From IMG/VR virus record IMGVR_UViG_3300027796_000281, positions 1 through 29,551 of that record: a DNA stretch of 29,551 nt; one strand, written 5' to 3'. The stretch is from a virus. Lineage: Duplodnaviria; Caudoviricetes. The number at the start of each line of letters is the position of its first letter. Position 1 is the first letter of the stretch. This document shows, piece after piece, positions 5,546 to 14,300 of the stretch. A model generated the notes under the pieces. That model was given only the letters and a program-made list of their open reading frames with translations. It had not been told where the DNA came from and ran no database searches. A program made the translations under genes and the position numbers.

Positions 5546-7625
5546 CGTCTCTGTCTCCTTTTTTGGTGATGAAATTATGTATCTCTTCCAGTCCTTCGGA
5601 ATCGGTTGGAATCTGCTGACGTTTCCGGGCGATCGCCGCATGAATCTCCGCAAGCGCGGCCGTTTCCCTGTCTTCGTGCAGAACGAGATCGGCCAGCGGG
5701 ACCGAGGGGGCGTCGTCCGATTTCTGGGCGGACGGGTATACATCCTCCGCGGGGGCAAGCCGTCTGTAGGTGTGGGACAGTCCTTTGACCGGGTGGATCG
5801 TTCCGCGGCTTACGAGCCTGACATCGGTGCCGGCGATCAGCATTTCCTCCAGCGGACTGCCGGACGGACGGCCTCCCTTGAGATCGAGGGCCAGCAGCTT
5901 GACGCTCCTCGCCATGGCCTTCTGGCGGCTGATCCGCTCGCGGAGCTTGGCCAGCTCGGCTTCATCGCCCCGGGCCAGCGCCTTGACCGCCTCGCGCGTC
6001 GCACCCGTGCCGATCCGCGCGCCGGTGAGATCGTAAAGGCCGATGGTGTCGTCCCCGAACGGACTGCGCTTGACCAGCACTTTCTCGCCGTAGCGGACAT
6101 CGTCCGTATAATAACGGGTGTTGCGGATCGTGACGGACTGGCCGCGCCCGATTTGCCGCGCGCCCTCCGGAAGCATGAACGCCTCGACCAGTTCCTCGGG
6201 CGTATGGGCGGCCGTCTGCGGGCGCGAGTTCCAAACTTCGGCCGGCGACGCTCCCTGGTGGATCACGCCGTTTTTGGGATCCTGATGATACGCCTGCAGC
6301 CAGGAAACGAAAATCGCGCAGAACTGGTCGAGCGTGGGAAGGTCTTCGGGGTGACGGTCATGCCAGGCAGCGCCGTCCGTGCGTCCGGCCGGATTGCTTC
6401 CGAGGTAGTCGGGGAATTTCTTATCGAAGCGCTGCATGACGTTTTTGAAATTGGGTTCGATCGTTTTCGCCCGGCCGTTGTAGGGGGTGGAGTTGGTCAG
6501 CCGGATGCCGAGCGACTGGAAGATGCTGTATGGTTTGTCTCCCAGGATCATGGGCGTGGAGAAGCCCTGCGCGTTGTAGTCGAGTCCGTTGTCGAAATAG
6601 GCCTCGGCCGGGGGCACGCCGCCGGTGACGCAGCAGTATTGCGCCAGCAGCCGGATCTGGTCCATCGTGTTGACCGCCTCGGTCGTGATCATCCAGGAGA
6701 CGAAATACCAGCTCTTGGCGTCCATCAGGGCGGACAGCGTCGGGCGTACGGAAATCGGCTTGCCGGAACCGTCCGGCGCGGGGATTTGGACACGCGTGTC
6801 GAAAGGACGGCTGTCTCCGATGATCATCGTTCCGGGCGCGATCGCGGACCAGTCGCGTTCGGCGTAGTCGCAGACCTTGTTCCGCCAGGCCACGTCCCCT
6901 TCGCGCTCGCGGATGAACAGCTCTTTCGGGAGATGCGCCAGATAGTAGCGGACATCCTGCTCGAGCGGAATCAGGGCGTCCGGCCGGGTTTTACGGAGGA
7001 TGGAAACGGTGTTTCGATAGGATTCCGCGACCGTCTGGCAGTTCGGATGAAAGTAGATGCGGTTGAACTGTTCGTAGAATTCAGGATACTTCGGACGCGG
7101 ATCGTTCCATCCGCGACGGTATCCGTCCGCCAGCGCCTCGATTTTCTCCTCCCGGGTCGGATTGCGCCGCCCGAGACGGATTTCCGCCTGCTTCAGCTTC
7201 TTCGTCCAGTTCCGCCAGTTGTTCCAGTCCAGCTGGCTGCCGCCCCTGTGCCCTGAACGGGACAGGATCGGGAACCATTCCGGGTGCAGCGCGGCCGCCG
7301 CCAGACACGCTTCCGGGTCCGTCATGCCGGCCGTGGCCGTCCGCTTGACCTGCTCGACCGATTCCAGATACAGCAGCCGTTCCGCGGCCGTCTTCCGGAT
7401 TTCCTCCGGCAGGGTTGACTGAACCGGTTTGATCAGTATTGTCACCACACTCTGTTTGAGTGTCGGCGCGGCTGTCCGGAGCACTTCCGGCAAGGTTGTC
7501 TGAATCGGTTTGCACAGTGTTGTTACCACACTCGTCCGGGGCGGTTCCGGCGGCGGGACGGCCAAGGAAGGCGGCCCCGAAATCGAGCGTACCCGGGTTT
7601 GCAGCAGTTCCTCCAGGTTCTTCAT
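5538..7625 (-). CDS. MuA-like DDE transposase
   Basis: Catalytic triad contexts IIGDSRPFD, AYFDNGLDY, AKTIEPNF; Mu-type C-terminal region; start at ATG 7625 (alternative TTG 7640). Confidence 0.93.
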   Translation of the reverse strand: MKNLEELLQTRVRSISGPPSLAVPPPEPPRTSVVTTLCKPIQTTLPEVLRTAAPTLKQSVVTILIKPVQSTLPEEIRKTAAERLLYLESVEQVKRTATAGMTDPEACLAAAALHPEWFPILSRSGHRGGSQLDWNNWRNWTKKLKQAEIRLGRRNPTREEKIEALADGYRRGWNDPRPKYPEFYEQFNRIYFHPNCQTVAESYRNTVSILRKTRPDALIPLEQDVRYYLAHLPKELFIREREGDVAWRNKVCDYAERDWSAIAPGTMIIGDSRPFDTRVQIPAPDGSGKPISVRPTLSALMDAKSWYFVSWMITTEAVNTMDQIRLLAQYCCVTGGVPPAEAYFDNGLDYNAQGFSTPMILGDKPYSIFQSLGIRLTNSTPYNGRAKTIEPNFKNVMQRFDKKFPDYLGSNPAGRTDGAAWHDRHPEDLPTLDQFCAIFVSWLQAYHQDPKNGVIHQGASPAEVWNSRPQTAAHTPEELVEAFMLPEGARQIGRGQSVTIRNTRYYTDDVRYGEKVLVKRSPFGDDTIGLYDLTGARIGTGATREAVKALARGDEAELAKLRERISRQKAMARSVKLLALDLKGGRPSGSPLEEMLIAGTDVRLVSRGTIHPVKGLSHTYRRLAPAEDVYPSAQKSDDAPSVPLADLVLHEDRETAALAEIHAAIARKRQQIPTDSEGLEEIHNFITKKGDRDDE

Positions 7626-8352
7626 CTTCGGTCTCTCCAAGCAGGTTGTTGATTTGTTTCAGGGTCTCCTCGTAATCCTTTTTCAAGGCGAGCAGCAGCA
7701 AGGTGTCCTTCGGCGTCTCCGGACGCTTCTGGAACTCCAGGAAGCCGGTGATCAGACGTCCCCCCAGCTGGAGGGCGCTGATCGCCGCCGTTTCGTCCCG
7801 GATCGCCTCGATGATCTTTTCCTCCGGGCAGTCCACATACTGTTTGAGGAGGTCGTCGAATCCCGGCAGCGCGGGCTGCTCTTTTTCCGGGATCGCGATT
7901 CCGGCCACGCGTCGCAGATAGTCCGCGACGGCGTCCCGGATTTCCTCCCGGGTCATATTCCAGACGGCCTCCGTCTGCGACAGGAAAGACTCCAGCAGCC
8001 TGCTCTTGTCGTCGGCCGGCGAATACTTGACCAGGCGCGTCATCGGCAGCAGTTTGTCGCCTCCGAGGGCGATCAGCTTTTTGTAGATCACCGCGCGGCC
8101 GCGGACCGCCAGAAGCATTTTTCCGATCGCCAGACGGTGATAAATCTCCGCGTTTTCAAGCTGCGCCGTCTCCCGCGCCCAGGCGAGCCATTTTTTGGCG
8201 TCGCCCGCGAAGTTGCTCATCAGGGCGTCCGTCAGCGACAGGGCGGAAATGACCGTCCCGCGACGCTCGATCATGGAGACCTGCCGGAGCACGGCGCTCT
8301 TCTCCTCCAGTGATTCGGGTATCCCGCCCGTATAAATCTCCTCGAATGTCAT
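7081..8352 (-). CDS. Pre-transposase helical protein (possibly DUF3102-like) with a long low-complexity tail overlapping the transposase gene
   Basis: ATGA coupling to gam; the first ~240 aa look globular and helical; no stop until 7081. Confidence 0.7.
   Translation of the reverse strand: MTFEEIYTGGIPESLEEKSAVLRQVSMIERRGTVISALSLTDALMSNFAGDAKKWLAWARETAQLENAEIYHRLAIGKMLLAVRGRAVIYKKLIALGGDKLLPMTRLVKYSPADDKSRLLESFLSQTEAVWNMTREEIRDAVADYLRRVAGIAIPEKEQPALPGFDDLLKQYVDCPEEKIIEAIRDETAAISALQLGGRLITGFLEFQKRPETPKDTLLLLALKKDYEETLKQINNLLGETEDEEPGGTAANPGTLDFGAAFLGRPAAGTAPDECGNNTVQTDSDNLAGSAPDSRADTQTECGDNTDQTGSVNPAGGNPEDGRGTAAVSGIGRAGQADGHGRHDGPGSVSGGGRAAPGMVPDPVPFRAQGRQPAGLEQLAELDEEAEAGGNPSRAAQSDPGGENRGAGGRIPSRMERSASEVS
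7382..7533 (-). repeat. 81-bp-period diverged tandem duplication in the transposase N-terminus
   Basis: SVVTTLCKPIQTTLPEVLRTAA versus SVVTILIKPVQSTLPEEIRKTAA. Confidence 0.85.
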
Positions 8353-8882
8353 TTTCCAACGCCTTTCACGGCTTCGTCGACGAGACGATCGTCGATGTTG
8401 ATTTTCGGTTCCTCCGAGTCCACGATCCGGCAGCCGGGCAGCACGACGCCATCGTGCAGCAGCTTCAGGATCTCGGATTCCTCGAAGGTCGTCGTCACTT
8501 TGGTTTCGGACGTTTCCTGATAGAGGTTCGAACGCGCGGAAAGCCTCAGGGATTCTTTCAACCGTTTCGGATCGTCGACCATGAGCTTTTCCGGATTCCC
8601 CTGCAGGCCATAATTTCCCCAGGCGGTTTTCGGCTTGCGCGGACTCTGAAAAAGCTCCTTGTTGTTGCTGATGAACATTTCGAGCTCGTAGACCAGTTTT
8701 TTATCTTCCTCGCGGAACGGATTGGCAATATCTTCCGAGCGGGCTTTAAGCTCGGCGATCTTGGCGTCGAGAGGCGCGACCGCCCGCGCCCAGCGGACAC
8801 GGTTGTCGAAAATCTGATGATGCAGCTCATCGGCGTCCTTTTTGGTCATCAGACGGTATTTCTTGACATCGATCATGGACAT
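8349..8882 (-). CDS. gam: Mu Gam-like host-nuclease inhibitor
   Basis: 177 aa; coiled N-half, NKELFQSPRKPKTAWGNYG, LPGCRIV; position in the early operon. Confidence 0.75.
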   Translation of the reverse strand: MSMIDVKKYRLMTKKDADELHHQIFDNRVRWARAVAPLDAKIAELKARSEDIANPFREEDKKLVYELEMFISNNKELFQSPRKPKTAWGNYGLQGNPEKLMVDDPKRLKESLRLSARSNLYQETSETKVTTTFEESEILKLLHDGVVLPGCRIVDSEEPKINIDDRLVDEAVKGVGK

Positions 8883-8883
8883 G

Positions 8884-9711
8884 TCAGACCTCCTCGGAAA
8901 TGTTGTTGCGGGATGGACGGGGGAAAGCGAAAAGGTCCTGGAAACGATCAGCGATCGGCGCGGTCACCAGACCGCCCCTGCATTTGGCAAGCACCTGATA
9001 GCCGAGCCCGGTCAAGGCGGCCAGATCGCCGATCGTGATCCCCTCATCGACGCAGGCGCGGACCAGAGTCGGAATGTCGGACGGCGTGCGCTGCTGGATC
9101 AGACGCAGAATCTTGGCGCGTCCCCTCGTGATATCCGCGTCGGACATTCGTGTCGGGACGGTCGGAGTCGCCGGACACGCGCGCTTGATTCTCCGGCCTC
9201 TTTTCTTCGGAGCCGCGGACGGAGGAGCGGCATTCCGCAGCTCTTCCTGGGACACCGGGGGCACGGGAACGTTTCCGGGCTCGGAAGCGATGGCTCCGCC
9301 GTCCGTTCCGAAAAGCTCTGTCATGCGGGACAGGAGTTCTTTCCGGCCGTCCTGCCAGTCCAGCGAGTATTCAAGGTCGCGGCGGGACACGCCGATCAGC
9401 CGTGCGAATTCGGCTTGGGTCAAGTTGAAGTGATCCAGGATCAGCCGGATCGCAGGAACAAGCCCGGTTTCCTCCCAGCGGATTTCCTGCGCAAACTGGC
9501 GGATGGACTCGACCGAAGGCCATTCCAGGGAGTCCGTGCTGAAATACTCCAGATCGTTCAGATCGCCGTCCAGCTCGCTGTCGCTGTCGATTTCGTCTAC
9601 AATTTCCCGGATGGTGTTGATCAGGGTCTTGCCGACCGCGCACTCCGTGAGGGTATTCAGTCCGAAACAGGCTGCCTCGATCCGCCCGATCTGTCTTTGA
9701 GTGATTTTCAT
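8884..9711 (-). CDS. Protein with two XRE-type HTH motifs
   Basis: NLTQAEFARLIGVSRRDLEY and GITIGDLAALTGLGYQVLAK; ATG at 9711 with AAGGA RBS. Confidence 0.7.
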   Translation of the reverse strand: MKITQRQIGRIEAACFGLNTLTECAVGKTLINTIREIVDEIDSDSELDGDLNDLEYFSTDSLEWPSVESIRQFAQEIRWEETGLVPAIRLILDHFNLTQAEFARLIGVSRRDLEYSLDWQDGRKELLSRMTELFGTDGGAIASEPGNVPVPPVSQEELRNAAPPSAAPKKRGRRIKRACPATPTVPTRMSDADITRGRAKILRLIQQRTPSDIPTLVRACVDEGITIGDLAALTGLGYQVLAKCRGGLVTAPIADRFQDLFAFPRPSRNNISEEV

Positions 9712-9715
9712 GATG

Positions 9716-9856
9716 TCAGTTTCCTTTCTTCGTCCCGGGGACGGTATAGACTTTGCGATCGGCGAATTCCTGCTGTTTGCCGCGATTCCAATTCTGGACA
9801 GGTCTGAAATAGCCGCAGACCCGGCTGTAGACTTCACATTTTTCTCCGCACTTCAT
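9716..9856 (-). CDS. Stand-alone glycyl-radical peptide resembling the class III ribonucleotide reductase (NrdD) C-terminus, 46 aa
   Basis: MKCGEKCEVYSRVCGYFRPVQNWNRGKQQEFADRKVY; GAAAGGA RBS; fits exactly between its neighbours. Confidence 0.88.
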   Translation of the reverse strand: MKCGEKCEVYSRVCGYFRPVQNWNRGKQQEFADRKVYTVPGTKKGN

Positions 9857-9863
9857 GGCAGTT

Positions 9864-9908
9864 CCTTTCAGTTTGAAATTTGTAAATGGGTCAATTTGTA
9901 AGTTGAGG
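9864..9908. repeat. 8-nt-period repeat element, copy 1
   Basis: Plus strand AATTTGTA AATGGGTC AATTTGTA AGTTGAGG; on the minus strand it is followed by CTGAAAGG. Confidence 0.75.
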
Positions 9909-10382
9909 ATTCGGCTGCTTGTAGATGATCGTTTCGCCGCCGATCGGCGGGAGGCTGTCATAACAGTTTGTCGGGATTTCGACGCCCTGGATATAGTCCC
10001 GGACCGAACTGGTGTTGAGCTTGAGGTGCGCCGCGATTTGCTTGTTGCTCATCTCCCAATTAAAAAAGTGAATGAAGTTCGAATCAAACCAATCCGGAGA
10101 TTCCGCCGCCTTTTTGAGTGCGCAGACGAACCGGCGGGGATCGAGCAGGATCCGGCGCATGGAACGGGCCAGGACGGACAGCGGGATCCGGCGCACCCGG
10201 ACATCCCCTGTCTTGCTGTCGGTGACCTCCGCTTCGACCGTCTGGCGCAGCTCCTCCAGCGTCTCGATACGCTGGATCGCCAGCATCGCCTGGAGCATCA
10301 GCTCGAGCGTCACCGTCTGCGGTTCGACCGGCCGCGGTCTGCGCTCGTCATTTATGAAACTATCCCGTCCCGACATGATCAT
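9891..10382 (-). CDS. Putative DNA-binding protein with C-terminal HTH
   Basis: MSNKQIAAHLKLNTSSVRDYIQG. Confidence 0.7.
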   Translation of the reverse strand: MIMSGRDSFINDERRPRPVEPQTVTLELMLQAMLAIQRIETLEELRQTVEAEVTDSKTGDVRVRRIPLSVLARSMRRILLDPRRFVCALKKAAESPDWFDSNFIHFFNWEMSNKQIAAHLKLNTSSVRDYIQGVEIPTNCYDSLPPIGGETIIYKQPNPQLTN

Positions 10383-10386
10383 CCCC

Positions 10387-10547
10387 TTATTGCAGCAGTC
10401 CGAAAGTTCTTCCGAATACGACGACTCCGCCGATGAACGTCAGCATCAGAGCCCCGCCCGCGACAAGGATCGCGGAAAAGAGCACCGCGCCGGCGGCCCG
10501 GCCCTGGCCCCCTTCGATCCCGCACTCGTCCGCCGTCTCGTCCAGCC
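10387..10547 (-). pseudogene. 3' remnant of a small membrane-protein gene
   Basis: LDETADECGIEGGQGRAAGAVLFSAILVAGGALMLTFIGGVVVFGRTFGLLQ*; frame closed by TGA at 10555-10557 with no supported start. Confidence 0.6.
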
Positions 10548-12131
10548 TGGGACGTCATCGCCGCGCTGGACCAGCGCGCGGAAGCGCTGCTCGGCGTCAA
10601 GTGGGAGATTCTCCCCGGCGGAAGCGGTCCGAACGACAAGGCCGCCGCGGATGCTTTCCGGACGGAACTGGAAGGCTGCGGTTCCTTGAGCGGACTGGAT
10701 ACTTTTTACGATCTGGTACGGAATCTTGAAGGTGCCGTGATCTATCCTTTCGCGGTCTCGGAAATCGTGTGGGAGCCCGGCGGTCTGATCTCCGGTTTCC
10801 AGCACGTCGATCCGTGGCACTTCACCCTGCGCGACAGTTACGAGCCGCTTCTGATCTCGGACGAATTCCCGAACGGGATGCCGCTGCCGGCGAACAAATT
10901 TGTGATCCACCGGACGCTGAAAAACGCCGATCCGGCGCGGTCCGGGCGGATCCGGACGCTGGCATGGCTGCACCTGTTCCAGAACTGGCCGATCAAAGAT
11001 CTATTCAGCTTTGTCGAGCGTTTCGGCATGCCGTTTGTGATGGCCAAGGTCGATAAGCAGACGTGGGACGAGGAACGCGGCGCTGTTCAAAGTATGATCA
11101 AGAGTTTCGGGCCGTCCGGCGGCGGCGTCTTCACCGCGTCGACCGAGGTGGAGCTCCTTCAGGCGGCGAACACCGGCAGCGACAATATCTATCTCAAGAT
11201 TCTGGACTATACACGGGAAGCGATTTACCGTCTGCTGCTGGGTCAGACGGCCAGCAGTTCGGACGGCGGCGGGCTTTCGGGGGATACGGCGCAGTCGAAG
11301 GTCCGGCAGGATATCCTCGAATCCGATGCCCGGGCGATCGAGTCGACGATCCGGGCGCAAATCGCGGCTCCGTGGACCACGTTCAACTTCGGTCCGGCCG
11401 CGGCGGTTCCGAGAATCCATTTTCAAGTGGAGCCTGCGGAAGACATCACCGCGTTCGCGACAATGGTCCAGACGCTCTACAACAGCGGTTTGCAGGCTGA
11501 TCCGGTTCAGATCGGAAAGAAGGTCGGCTTGACGCTGACGGCACGTCCGGAACAATCGCAGATGCCCGGAATGGGGTTTGGATTGCAGACACCACCGGAA
11601 ACAACCGCGCCGGCGGCGGATCCGAAAGCCTTACAGGAAGCGCGCGGCATCGCGATCCGCGCCGGTACGCTGACTCCGACAGCGGAGATTGAGGCGCAGA
11701 CACGCCGGGAACTCGGGTTGCCGGTGATGCCGGAAGAAGTCAAGAAGGCGTGGGAGGCGACCGGAGGAATCCGGCAGCCGATCACGCTGAAACCCGCCGA
11801 AAGCGCGGCGGTGGATGATGCCCTGAAGGTGGACGAAAAAGCGGCCGCCTCCAAGACCGCGCCGGACGCCGCGCCGCTTGCGGCCGACGATCCGAAAAAA
11901 AAAAGTGAGGAACGGGCCGTTGCGGACGCCCTGGTCGAGTGGCTGACGCCGCTTTCGAAAGCGTTGCCGGAGCTGACGGATGAGTCGGAGATGTCCGATG
12001 AGGCCTTTGGAAAGGCGCTGGCGGCCTGCGCGGACGGAAAGAAGCTCGGCGACCTGACACCGCTCATGAAGGCGCAGGAAGGATTGATCTACCGGGATCT
12101 GGCGGAAACCAAGGGAGGAACAGGAAAATGA
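10548..12131 (+). pseudogene. Mu gp29-like portal (DUF935), 5'-truncated
   Basis: In frame upstream of TTG 10686 the sequence reads WDVIAALDQRAEALLGVKWEILP; later FVERFGMPF, LLGQTASS, VRQDILESDA; no start codon before the junction. Confidence 0.85.
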
Positions 12132-13414
12132 CGTTCGACGAGGCCAACGACTGGATCGCACACCGTCAGTCCAAGACGACCGAGCTGACTTCCCGCGAGA
12201 TCTCGAAGACGGTGCCGCCCAAAATTGCGGCGCACTGTTTTTTTTCGGCTCAGGTGGCCAAGGAAAACGTGCTCGGGAAAATCCGGGACGTCTCCGACCG
12301 TTTCAGCCGCGGCGAGATCAGCCAGGCGGATGCGCGGAGCGAACTCCGGAACTGGCTGAAAGCGAACAATCAGGACGACGGAACCGCGAGCGTGAAGAAT
12401 CTGGCCAGCAAGGCGCGTGTCAATCTGATTCTCGAACAGAACAAAAAAATGGCGGTGGCGGTCGGCAGGTATCAGACCGACCGCGATCCGGTGGTCGAGG
12501 CGCGTTTCCCGGCGTGGGAATACCATACCGGCCGCAATCCGCGCGATGCTCATGCGGCGTTGAACGGGAAAATTTATCTCAAGTCGGATCCGATCTGGCA
12601 AAAGATTTATCCCCCGTGGGAATTCGGCTGCAACTGCTGGGTGACCAATACGGACAAAGCGCCGAACGGGACGATCACCGTGGCGGATATCGGGAAGCCG
12701 ACAAGCGGTTACCGGTTCGATCCCTCCGACGCGTTCGAGGATTATAAGGTCGATAGTTTTGAGTTCAAAAAAACGCCGGACTCACCCTTGATTGTCAAGG
12801 CGCGCGGAGAAGCGGAAACCTTGAGGCGGGAACAGCTCAAGATCATGTACAAGGATGTCGACAAAAGACAGCCGGGAATCGTCGAGGAAGCGGATGATTA
12901 CTGGGGTCGGATGGAGCCGGAAGACCGGGAACCCGTGATCCGTTATACCGCGAGCGATCAGGCGAGCCTCAACCGGGCAAGCCGCGGACAGATTGAGATG
13001 ACGAAACCAATCTCGGACGAGATGGACAAGGTATCCACCCTGCTGGAGAAAGCCCCCAAATACACCGGAGGACAGGTTTACCGGGTCATCAATCTGAACA
13101 CGCAAGAGGATCTGAAATCCCTTGTAAACGACCTGGAAAATGACAGATGGGCTCTGAATGGGTTCAACTCGACCTCCACATCGATGGACAGCGCGAAACG
13201 CTACCTGAACCCGGAAAAAACAGGGGTCGTCTTCCATGTGGTCAAGAGCCGGAACGGAGCTTTTATCGGTCAATATTCCTACATGAACGCGGACAAGGAG
13301 GTGCTTTTTGACAGAAAATGCAAATTCCGGGCTTTACAATCATGGGAGCCGGATTATATTAAACGCGACGGATGGCCGGACGGGCTGATGCACATAGCGA
13401 TTATGGAGGTCTGA
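12128..13414 (+). CDS. MuF head morphogenesis protein with C-terminal ADP-ribosyltransferase (VIP2-like) domain
   Basis: MuF core PRDAHAALNG..DPIWQKIYPPWEFGCNC; ART motifs YT..LNRASR, VYR, FNSTST, DKEVLF. Confidence 0.88.
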   Translation: MTFDEANDWIAHRQSKTTELTSREISKTVPPKIAAHCFFSAQVAKENVLGKIRDVSDRFSRGEISQADARSELRNWLKANNQDDGTASVKNLASKARVNLILEQNKKMAVAVGRYQTDRDPVVEARFPAWEYHTGRNPRDAHAALNGKIYLKSDPIWQKIYPPWEFGCNCWVTNTDKAPNGTITVADIGKPTSGYRFDPSDAFEDYKVDSFEFKKTPDSPLIVKARGEAETLRREQLKIMYKDVDKRQPGIVEEADDYWGRMEPEDREPVIRYTASDQASLNRASRGQIEMTKPISDEMDKVSTLLEKAPKYTGGQVYRVINLNTQEDLKSLVNDLENDRWALNGFNSTSTSMDSAKRYLNPEKTGVVFHVVKSRNGAFIGQYSYMNADKEVLFDRKCKFRALQSWEPDYIKRDGWPDGLMHIAIMEV

Positions 13415-13416
13415 AA

Positions 13417-13605
13417 ATGGAAGTTGAAACCTACAAACCTACACGCAAGGCGCTGTTGCGCGTCCAGGCATTCCGGCAGACAGCCGCGGGCAAAGCCTCG
13501 GACGAACGCATCTCCAAATTGTGGGACAGCAATATCCGTGAGCGCAAAAGGCTGGGCATGCCCGTTCCTCCCGAATCCTCCGAAAAAGAAGAAGCGCCCC
13601 GCTGA
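13417..13605 (+). CDS. 62-aa small protein, candidate immunity protein for MuF-ART
   Basis: GGAGG RBS; starts 2 nt after the MuF stop. Confidence 0.6.
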   Translation: MEVETYKPTRKALLRVQAFRQTAAGKASDERISKLWDSNIRERKRLGMPVPPESSEKEEAPR

Positions 13606-13631
13606 TCTGACCTGAAAAACTTTTGAATTCC

Positions 13632-13663
13632 GCACACCGGTGAAACACCCTGTGTGCTTTTTT
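13632..13663 (+). terminator. Terminator-like hairpin after the MuF-ART pair
   Basis: GCACAC-CGGTGAAACACC-CT-GTGTGC-TTTTTT, followed by a second hairpin CGCAC-TTTT-GTGCG. Confidence 0.6.
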
Positions 13664-13691
13664 GCGCACTTTTGTGCGAAAAGGAGACCGT

Positions 13692-14282
13692 ATGCGTATC
13701 GGCATCACGGTCGATCTGCGTGACTTTCTCGCCGCCGCCGAGCAGATGAAACTCCAGAACCGTCTCCCCGAATTTGTGGCCAAGACGCTGGCGGTCTCCG
13801 CCCGCGATCTTGCCTACAACAACGCCGCCAAGCAGGGCGGCAGGCGTTTCTGGCGGGAACTCGCCGATGGCGTGCGCGTCAAGGCGGAGGGGCTGGAAGT
13901 CACGATCGACCACGTAACCAACGACACAAACCATCTGGCGGAGCATGTCCACGAGGGCGGCGTCATCCGTCCGAAAAACGCCCGATATCTGGCGATTCCG
14001 ATCGACAAGAGCGTCGAGGGGGAAAACGCCCGGGACCATACGTGGAAAACCGATACCGGGAAACCCGTTTTTGTGATCGATAAAAACGCCGGAGCGCGCG
14101 GCCGTGCATTCATGGCCGAAAAAACCGGGAAAAAAGGCAAGCTCAAAATGCTGTTTGTGCTGGTCCGGCAGACCAAGCCGCAGCGGGCGCGTCCGTGGTG
14201 GCCGAAAGACGAGGAATTCCAGGCGCTGGCCGAGCGTGAAACAAAATGGTGGACGGAACAATATCTCCCGAAAACGATATAA
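13692..14282 (+). CDS. Mu gpG-like virion morphogenesis protein
   Basis: HVHEGGVIRPKNARYLAIP, ARPWWP; AAGGAG RBS; synteny. Confidence 0.75.
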   Translation: MRIGITVDLRDFLAAAEQMKLQNRLPEFVAKTLAVSARDLAYNNAAKQGGRRFWRELADGVRVKAEGLEVTIDHVTNDTNHLAEHVHEGGVIRPKNARYLAIPIDKSVEGENARDHTWKTDTGKPVFVIDKNAGARGRAFMAEKTGKKGKLKMLFVLVRQTKPQRARPWWPKDEEFQALAERETKWWTEQYLPKTI

Positions 14283-14300
14283 ATAACAAAAGGTTTACAC

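Noticed and set aside
5526-7256. 576-aa plus-strand ORF and other long antisense ORFs (8842-9807, 14295-15464, 19962-21482, 25451-26557, 27341-28834)
   Set aside because: They mirror well-supported genes on the opposite strand in GC-rich DNA and show no recognisable motifs.
9716-9961. 81-aa version of the NrdD-like ORF and the 9837 start for the HTH gene
   Set aside because: RBS-supported starts at 9856 and 9711 remove the overlaps and give clean operon packing.
10686-10688. TTG as the native portal start
   Set aside because: Portal-like sequence continues in frame upstream to ~10548 and there is no convincing RBS.
11895-11904. A10 run in the portal gene as a frameshift site
   Set aside because: The frame stays open (PKKKSEE) to a stop coupled with the MuF start.
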